A stretch of DNA of 64,000 nucleotides. Origin: Oscillospiraceae bacterium. Its GTDB lineage: Bacteria > Bacillota > Clostridia > Oscillospirales > CAG-272. Made by a program: the position numbers and the translations under genes. Shown here piece after piece: positions 29,099 through 37,600 of this stretch; the first letter of the stretch is position 1, and each line of letters begins with the position of its first letter. The DNA is taken from assembly GCA_015065285.1 (NCBI GenBank), contig SVQP01000007.1, positions 7,520 to 71,519 of the forward strand, read 5' to 3'. The notes beneath the pieces were generated by a model. That model worked only from the letters and a program-made list of their open reading frames with translations. It did no database searches and was not told the DNA's origin.

Positions 29099-31669
29099 TT
29101 ACTGTGCAAATTCAATTTCCCAGATGTGCTCCAGGGGAGAGGTGTAGGGGTTGATCTCGGATGGCAGGGAGGATGCGTCAATCACGTTTGCGTTGTAAGC
29201 GTACAGGGTTTTTCTCTGATATACGGGCAATTCGATTGCCAGATCCAGTACGTAGCCCATCGCTTCCTTGTAAAGCTCTGTGCGCTCCTCTTGGTCGGTG
29301 GTTTCGCGTGCCATGTCGATGACCTCGCTGAGCATATCGAGAATGGCATTTTCCTCGGGATAAGCAGCGGGTGCTGCCAGAATCTCGCGGTATCCCCACG
29401 CCAGCGTGCTGGACGCGGTGGAATTCTTATGGTAGACCTGATACATATCGGGGTCAACCGTGGTGCCCCAAGCGGCAGCCCATACTGCCAAGGATCCTGT
29501 GGAGAGCTTGGTCAGCGCCTGCGTATCGGGCACGATCTCAATATCCCATCCGCATTCGTTGAGCAGTGCCTGCGCACTCTCAAATACCTTGTAGGCGGGG
29601 TGGTCGGTCAGGTCAGCGCCTGCGATGGTAAAGGTGATGGAAAGCTGACTGTCACCCTCGGAAACGCCTGCAGCTGCCATGTAATCCAGAATGGTCTGCT
29701 TTGCAATCTCACGGTTGAAGTTGATTGCGGGGTATTCGTGTCCGTTGTCGCGGCTGGGAATGCCATCCTCGGTGGGATATGCCCAGCTGACCGTGGACAT
29801 GGGCCAGTAAATGGTGCTTGCAGTACCCGTGCTGTAGTATTCCAGTGCAAGGTCAATGTTCATGGCACACATAATGGCTTTGCGCAGGTTGATGTCGGGC
29901 ACCTTGCCTGCATTGATGCCGATGTAACCGTAGCCAAGCTGGTCGGTATACGTGCTCTGAATGCCCTTGGCACCAAGATTGTTGATTCTCTCAATGTTTT
30001 CCTGCGTGTACTGGGGTGTGACGAAGTGCACCTCACCCTTCTCCAGCGTATCCAGCGCGTTGGTGGCGCTGACCACCTGATAACGCAGCTTTTCGATCTT
30101 GGGAGTGCCCATCATGAATTTGTCGTTTGCCTTGAAATACACGATGTTGTTGACGTAGAAATCTGCGCCCTTGGGGTTATCCTCGTTGTTTCTGTTGGTT
30201 GCCTTGTAAGGACCTGCGCCAACAGGCACCTTGGTCACCTCACTTGCGCGGATGGTGTTGGACATAAAGTCAAAGGAGCCGTAGTCCACGCCGAATTTGT
30301 TGTTGGGGATATCCACGGTGTAGCCCTGTCCGTAGTAGTGCTGGGGAGCAACCGAGAACGCGAAGTTCCAGATCGCCTTGGGGTCCACACCGTTGATGGT
30401 GATCTGCAGCACGTCGTATTCGTCTCTGTTGACGGGTGTGCCGTCGGGGTTGTGCTCGTGCGCTACGGTGTAGGTGCCGTTGTTCGCCTCTACCTCAAAG
30501 ACGTCGGTGGTGTGACCGAGCGAGACAATGCCCGCGATGTTGGGAACCAGAAGCGTGCCGTCCTCGGACATGTTTTCACGCAGGATGACTGTGGTAGCCT
30601 GCGCGCTGTATTCGGTCATCAGCGTGTTGGCGGTAGCCCAGTATTGCAGGATGATGTGCAGCTCTTGCTCAATCTTCTGGTTGTAAACGTACTCGATCGC
30701 CTTTTCCTTGGAGGTTACAACGTCGGAAGAGTAGTTGCGGGTCACCTTTTTGATCTGTGTTTTGATGTCCTTGTTGGTCACGGGGTCCTTTTCGAACTCG
30801 ATGGTCACAAAGCCCTCTGCGAACATGAAGGAGGTGATCTCGTCAAACTCACCGGTTTCCTTATAAGGCGTTTCGGTGTAAGCGCTCGATGCGGAGGTGT
30901 AGTCGGATTCCAGCTCCTTTTTGAACTCCTCAAGCGCCTTTTCGTAGTCCTTGCGCAGCTGATCGGTGGTAACAGACGCGTAGTCGCTCGAAATGGCTTC
31001 CTTGTAGCCCTTGGAAAGCCCTGCGGTCGCAATAGCAGCGATCATAGTGTCGTAATCGGCACTGTAAGAGCCTGCGGTATCGGTTCTGCCCACCTGCTTG
31101 TACAGGTTGATCAGCTCGTTGATGCGGTTTTTGGCGCGGGTGTTTGCCAGCTCTGCGATAATCTCGCTGGTATCGTCGGTACCCGAGCCCCTGGTCTGGG
31201 TTCTGTAGTTTTGCAGACCCACAATGTCGGTGGAGTACATGGTGGAGGAGCCGGTGTACACGGGGTCGAGGTAGACGTACATGTTAAACAGCACGTCCTC
31301 AATGGTCAGGGGCTCTCCGTCCGAGTACAGAATGTCGTTTTTGATGACGAAGGTGTAGGTGGTCGTGTCTGCGATGTCATCGTATTCGATGGCATAGTCC
31401 ATCGCCACGACTGCCTCTTCGGGACCGCAGGCAACCGTGACCTGACCGTTTTCATAGCCGGTGGTCAGCATGGCGATCTGGGTCATGGCAACAATGGTGC
31501 CGTCAGACGCGGTGGTGGAATAGAAGGGGTTGAATACGCCGTCCAGCGCGTCGGTCATCACAACCAGCGCATCGGGCTTTGTGGGACGCTGTCCGCAGCT
31601 GCCCAGTACGCTAAGCGTACCAAGCAGCATGGCAGCACAGAGAAGCATGCAAAGAATTCTTTTATTCAT
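29099..31669 (-). CDS. oppA: Oligopeptide-binding lipoprotein (SBP family 5), unusually long at 856 aa
   Basis: Lipobox LGSC; DGVFNPFY, YSDGEPLTIEDVLF, VGAGPYK, LRKAI motifs. Confidence 0.88.
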   Translation of the reverse strand: MNKRILCMLLCAAMLLGTLSVLGSCGQRPTKPDALVVMTDALDGVFNPFYSTTASDGTIVAMTQIAMLTTGYENGQVTVACGPEEAVVAMDYAIEYDDIADTTTYTFVIKNDILYSDGEPLTIEDVLFNMYVYLDPVYTGSSTMYSTDIVGLQNYRTQTRGSGTDDTSEIIAELANTRAKNRINELINLYKQVGRTDTAGSYSADYDTMIAAIATAGLSKGYKEAISSDYASVTTDQLRKDYEKALEEFKKELESDYTSASSAYTETPYKETGEFDEITSFMFAEGFVTIEFEKDPVTNKDIKTQIKKVTRNYSSDVVTSKEKAIEYVYNQKIEQELHIILQYWATANTLMTEYSAQATTVILRENMSEDGTLLVPNIAGIVSLGHTTDVFEVEANNGTYTVAHEHNPDGTPVNRDEYDVLQITINGVDPKAIWNFAFSVAPQHYYGQGYTVDIPNNKFGVDYGSFDFMSNTIRASEVTKVPVGAGPYKATNRNNEDNPKGADFYVNNIVYFKANDKFMMGTPKIEKLRYQVVSATNALDTLEKGEVHFVTPQYTQENIERINNLGAKGIQSTYTDQLGYGYIGINAGKVPDINLRKAIMCAMNIDLALEYYSTGTASTIYWPMSTVSWAYPTEDGIPSRDNGHEYPAINFNREIAKQTILDYMAAAGVSEGDSQLSITFTIAGADLTDHPAYKVFESAQALLNECGWDIEIVPDTQALTKLSTGSLAVWAAAWGTTVDPDMYQVYHKNSTASSTLAWGYREILAAPAAYPEENAILDMLSEVIDMARETTDQEERTELYKEAMGYVLDLAIELPVYQRKTLYAYNANVIDASSLPSEINPYTSPLEHIWEIEFAQ

Positions 31670-31691
31670 TTTTTAATCCTCCTCTGTAAAA

Positions 31692-34600
31692 TCAGTCTCG
31701 CACGGTGACGGTAATCTCACCGGTGTCGCGGTCGACGGTCAGTATCACTCTGTTCTTGTTGTCACCCGTTGCTTCTACGCGGATGTTGTCAAGGCTGATG
31801 CCTTGTGCGCTGCCCGAGCCGCACAGCATGCCGTAGGTGGCAAAGTCCATGTTCTCAAGGAGCAGCGAGGGATCGATGAGAAGTTTACCCGAGATGGTGA
31901 CGTTCTCAAGCGTTGCCTTGTCGGAAAGCGTACCGCACAAAAGTCCGAAGGTCGAGCCCTGAATTCTGGAGCCGGTTGCGGTGTAGGTGACGTTTTCAAA
32001 GTGCAGGTCGGTAATGGATGCGCCCTCACCGATGTAGCCGAACAAGCCGCCCTGCTGAGCGCCGTCGGGCTGGAGCACGGTAACGTTGGAAATCTTGTGG
32101 CCGTTACCGATGATCTGACCTGTAAACTGTGTCTGACCCTTATAAAGGTTGGTGGGCCAGATCGCACCCTTGACCGAGAAGTCAAGGTCTGCTTCAATGA
32201 TGTAGTTGCCGTCGGGTCTTGCGTGCTTGTAGAATTGCTTTGCCGAGCTGATCTTGAACCACTGACCCTCCCACAAGTCAACGTAAACGTCGATCGCGGG
32301 GGTGTTGGTGGTGCCGTTTTCATAATTGATCTCCAGCTTGATAGGCTCGGTGACCGGCTGCGTCATAGCCGCGTCGGAGTAAATGGCGTTGGGCGTGCCG
32401 TCCAGCTTGGGGAAGTTGCCGCCAAGCGAGATCGCGCCGTTTTTCCAGGTGGGAACGGACAGCTTGGAGCCGGTGTAGGTCTCTAACAGAACGGGGTTGT
32501 TGTTCTCATCCAGCTCGTTTGCATTGTAAATGTTGAATTGTACGTGAGGTACCCATGCCGCATAAAGCGTCAGCACTGCATCGGCACCGGTGGTCACGCT
32601 TTCGGGGTCAACCGCAACGGTGTCGGAATCAAAGGTCCAGCGACCGGAGTAGATCCAGCCCTGCTCTCTGCCCGAAACGCTGGTCAGCTCACCGTAAGCG
32701 TCCAGAGGATTGCCCTGTTCATCGGTCCTGGGCTGACGGTCGGTGTACCAGCCTGCCAGCACGTAGCCGGGGTTATCCACAATGTAAGCCTGCGCGCCGC
32801 GCAGCTTATCCTGCGGGTCAAGCAGCGGGATGTGCACCTTGCCGTCCTCACCGATCTCGTAATCGTCCAGTGAGAAGACGTCTACGACCGTGACGTCGCG
32901 GTTTGCAAACTTACCCTCGCCCGCATCGAATCGGATGCTGACCGAGTAGCCCTGCTTGTCAAACTGCTTGTAGGGGTCTTTCCACTGCGAGCCGGTAGAG
33001 GAGAACAGCGTAATTGCCATGAGCACAAGCGCTGCGCTGATCGAAATGACTGCGATAAAGGTAAAGATCTTGCCAAGCGGGACGCGCGCAGCCAGCTTTG
33101 CAAGCTTGCTTTGCTGACCCTGCTTGCCCATGCCTCTGGGCTTGTGGGGCTTGTTGAGCTTGATCGGCTTTTCTGCCTCTGCTCTCTTTTCTGCCTCCTT
33201 TGCTGCCTTTGCAGCCTCGGCAGCCGCTTTATTCTCAGCGGAGTATACCTTGGGAAGCATTGCCACACACAGCACGGCAAGAGCCAGTGAGATGATGCCA
33301 AGCACTGCCAGTGCGATCGAGAGCACAAAGGTCACGGAAACGCCCTTGGGTCCCTCGGGAACGGGCTCGGTCTCTCCCTGATTACCCGAAATGGCTTCCA
33401 GGTCGGAGATTCTGCGCTCTGCTGCGAGCAGCTTGTCATAGTTGTAAACCAGCGCCTGCTGCTCCTTGGTGGAAATTTTGTCGTAAGCGGCTCTTGCAGC
33501 CTGTACCAGTGCCTTGTCCGAAAGAGAAACGGTTTCGGGAAGCGCGTTGATGGCTTGAATTGCTGCCAGCGTGATCTCGTCAGCAGCTGCGCTGCCGTCA
33601 ATCATGGTGTCAAAGTACTGTGAGAAGATAAAGGAATCGTAATGGTTGCCGTTGACGGGTCTGACCATGGTAATGGGAGAGGTAACGTGACCGATGTAAT
33701 CCACAAAGGTTGCACCGTAGTAGGTGTTGTGGTAGCTGGTATCGGCATTCCACATGTAGTAGGGGATAATGCCAAGACCGGGCTTGGTCAGCGTCGATCC
33801 GTCTGCGGCGTAGAAGGAGTAATCGCCGGTTGCGGGGATGTTGTCAAAGCTTTCGTGGTACAGCGCGTCAAATTCCTCTTCCAGAATGGGCGCGTTGTAG
33901 GAGGAGAAGGTGACAAGTCTGAGAGAGTCACAGTCAAAGAACGCCTTGTGACCGATCGCGCGCAGCGTATAGGGCAGGATGACCTGCTTGACGGGCGTGC
34001 CCGCAAATGCCATAGCAGAGATGCGGACGGTGCCGTCTGCCACGTGCACGACGTCGTCACCGCTTGTGTACGTGATCAGCTCAAGACCCTTGGGCACGAC
34101 ACGGTAGATGTGACCGTCAATGACGCGGATGCTGTGGCTGACGTCATAGGTGTAGGTGATTGTCTCGTAATCCTTGCCGTTGAAGCTTTCTACCTCAACC
34201 GAGGAGAATTTTTCAAGGCGACACATTGCAAACGGGTTGTCACCCATGTCGGCAAGCGCTTCGCCCAGCACCACGGTAAAGTCGGCAACCGTATCCTTGT
34301 AGAATGCGTGGGTACCGATGTAGGTAGCAAAGCGCAGATCAGCGCCGGGCAGGATGGTGTATGCAAACGCATAATCGCCAACGTAGGAAAGGTTTTGCAT
34401 GCCAATCACGCTTGCAAGAGAAGTGTCGTATGCAAACGCACCCTCGCAAAGGGTGGTGTCGGCAGTGCCGAAGGTCACGGCTGCGAGCTGCTCGCAGTAA
34501 GCAAAGGCGTAAGTGCCGATGTGGGTGGCAGCGCCAAGATCTGCGCTTTGCAGCTTTGTGGTGTAGAAGGTGTTGCTGCCGATCTTTTCTACCTTGCCAA

Positions 34601-37600
34601 GATTGATATCGGAAAGGTTGCGGCAGTACAGGAAGGCTTTGTCGGGAATTTCGCTCACAGCGTCGCCAAGCGTCACCTTTTGCAGCAGCTGGCAGTAAGC
34701 AAATGCTTCTTCGCCAAGGGAGTAGAGACTGTCAAGGTGAACCTCTTTGAGCACGGGGGCAAAATATCTGTAAACGTATTCGCCGTTGACGTCAATGACG
34801 GGAGAGGTGAAGGCTTCGTCGTAGTAATCGTTGTAAACGTCACCCGAGAAAGCGCCCTTGCCGATCGAGACGACCTGCGAAAGATCGATATCCGAAAGAA
34901 CCGCTGCGTTGAAGAACGCATAGTCGCCAATCACAGCGCCCTTGCCAAGCGTTACGCTTTCCAGCTCGGCAGCGCCGTAGAAAGCGTAGTTGCCGATCTT
35001 GACGTCCTCGCCAATGGTCAGGGAGTGCAGGGGAGACTTGTAAACAACGTAGTAGAATGCGTTGAGCATGTCGGGGTTCATAAGGAACTCGCGATTGGTA
35101 AAGCTGTTGAGGTAGAATGCGTTGTCGCCCAGCGTGACGCCCTTGCCGATCGTTACGCTTTCCAGCTTGGTGCACTCTGCGAATGCGCCCTTGCCGGTGC
35201 TCATGCCGTCGGGCAGGGTCAGCGAGGTCAGGGCTGTGTTGGAAAAGGCGTAAGCGCCAATATAGTCCAGATGTGCAAACGAGGGGGTCTGCTTGAGTGC
35301 GGTGTTTGCAAATGCATAGTCACCGATCAGCGTCAGATCGCCAAGCGATACGCTTGTAAGCTTTTTGCAATCCGCAAATGCGTAAGGCTGCAGCTGCGTG
35401 ACGCTCGGCAGTACCACTGCCGTGATATTGGCGTTGCCCGAGAAGGCACCGGTGCCGATGGTGGTCACGTTCAAATCAGGCGCGAATACGCCCGAGGTTG
35501 CGGGAGCAACCAGAATCAGCGTGCTGCTGGTCTTGTCTACAACGTAGGAAAGATTTTCACCCGTCACAAAGCGGGTGTTTGCCGCGTCTACGTTGATGGA
35601 TTCCAGCTTTGTACCGCCAAAGGCGTTTTCATTGATGACTGCCACGTCCTTACCCAGTGTGATCTTGGTAAGCTTCTTGGCACCCTGGAATGCACCGGTC
35701 GGAATCACGGCTGCATTGATTGAGACCTCAGTCAGTGCTTCGCAGCCTGCAAAGGCGTATTTACCGATCTTGTAAATGGGTGCCTTGATGGTCAGGGTGC
35801 GCAGCGAAGAGTTGTTGGCAAAGGCGTGCATACCGATCGACTGAATGCTCTCGGAAAGCGTAACGCTTGTCAGAGAGGAGCAGCCTGCAAAGGCATAGTC
35901 GGCAATTGCCACTGCGCTCTTGAGGTTGATTGTGCCACTCATAGCCGAGCATCCCTCAAACGCGCCCTCGTTGATAAACTTGACGTGTTCAAGTCCTACC
36001 ACCGTCTTGAGTGCGGTACATCCGTAGAATGCGCCCCAGTCAATACGGGTCAGGGTGGAGGGCAGAACCACGCGCTCAAGCGCGGTCAGGTTTGCAAAGG
36101 CGTATGCGGAAATGGTCTCCACGCCCTCGGGAATGATGACCTCCTTGATGGTGTTCTCACCGATATACCAGATCTTGGTGCTTTCGGGATCCTCATCGGT
36201 AATTTCCTCGGGAGATTTGTCAATATAGTCGTAGTTGGAGAATGCGAATTGTCCGATCTCGGTAATGGAAAGGCTTTCGGGAATGACGACCGTGCCGCCA
36301 AGACCGAAATAGTTCTGCAGAATGGGACCCTGCGTGACGTAAGGATCCTTGACCTCAATGCTGATCGACTTGGAATAGTAGGTGGACTTGCCGTCCATCT
36401 CCACCATAGCCGAGATCGAGGCAAAGCCTTCCTTCTGGGCTGTGATGGTGCCGGTCTTTGCATCGACCGTCACGATATCGGGGTTGGAGGATTCGAATAC
36501 CACCTTGGTGGTCTCGGGGAAATATGCGTTGAGCTTGTAGCGTACCGTGATCGATTCGGAGGGGTACATTTCAAGCGCATAGTTGGTAGAGCCAAACTTG
36601 GCTTCGTCACCGGTCACGCCCAGTCCGCGGTCAGCCGAGTTGACAAAGTAGAACGCCTTGTCCACGCGATATCCGGTCAGCTCAAAGGAGTCGGTGACGG
36701 GCTTGTCGTATTCCACGTAGCCGGGCTCACCTTCGGAGAGCACCTTGACGCGGAATTCGTAGAAGTTCTTGTTGTCGTTGGGGTCGGTGATGCGGATACG
36801 CGTCAGCGTTCCGGGGGTAACGGGAACCAGCGTGTTGCCCACGATGGCAACGTTTTCGGGTCTGTAGGTATCGTAGATCAGCAGATCTGCCCAGGATTCT
36901 CCGGGATAGAGCACGGGATTGAGCTCGTAGATCTGATAGGGGGAGAGGTAGAGGGTGGGCATATCCTGCTCTGCGTCGGGCTCAAAGTCCGCAAATTCGG
37001 GCAGGTAGAAGTCCACGTATTCGTCGGGCAGACCAATCTCGTAGGTTGCCTCGTTCATGGCGTAGTCGTAGCAGGTCAGCGCAAAGGTGTTCTTGTGTGC
37101 CGAGCCCGACTTGATGTCGTCAATGTAATCGGTCAGCTCAATGATGACCTCGGTGGTGGAGTTGTACTCCGAATAAATGGCGGTTACGTACTTGCCAAAG
37201 GACTTGAATATGTAGCCGGATTCCTCCAGGGCAACGTAGCCTGCCTGCAAGCCCATCGCATAGTGGTTGTCGTAGATCTTGACCTTTGCGTACAGGCGGT
37301 TGATCTTCTCGGACTTGTCGTACTCGGTGTAGAACTCGGTGTCCGTGACAGCCGGAGCTTCAAAGTCGGTGTAGAGCGGGAAGGTCATGGTGTTGCGCAG
37401 GTTGGTATCCGCGCCGCCGTCACCGTAGTCAAGCAGACCCTTGATGGTCACGGTGTATTTGGTGTTGTTCTTGAGTTTTTGCTCAATGGCGGAGAAGCCC
37501 ACGTCCAGATTTGCGGGATAGATCGAAGCACCGCCGTCCGAATAGGACTTGCGGATCCATTGCTCGGTGCGCTCGAACACCACCTCGCCGGTGGAATCGT

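Noticed and set aside
28676-31708. 1010-aa plus-strand ORF
   Set aside because: Antisense shadow of oppA/oppB arising from codon bias; no recognisable motifs
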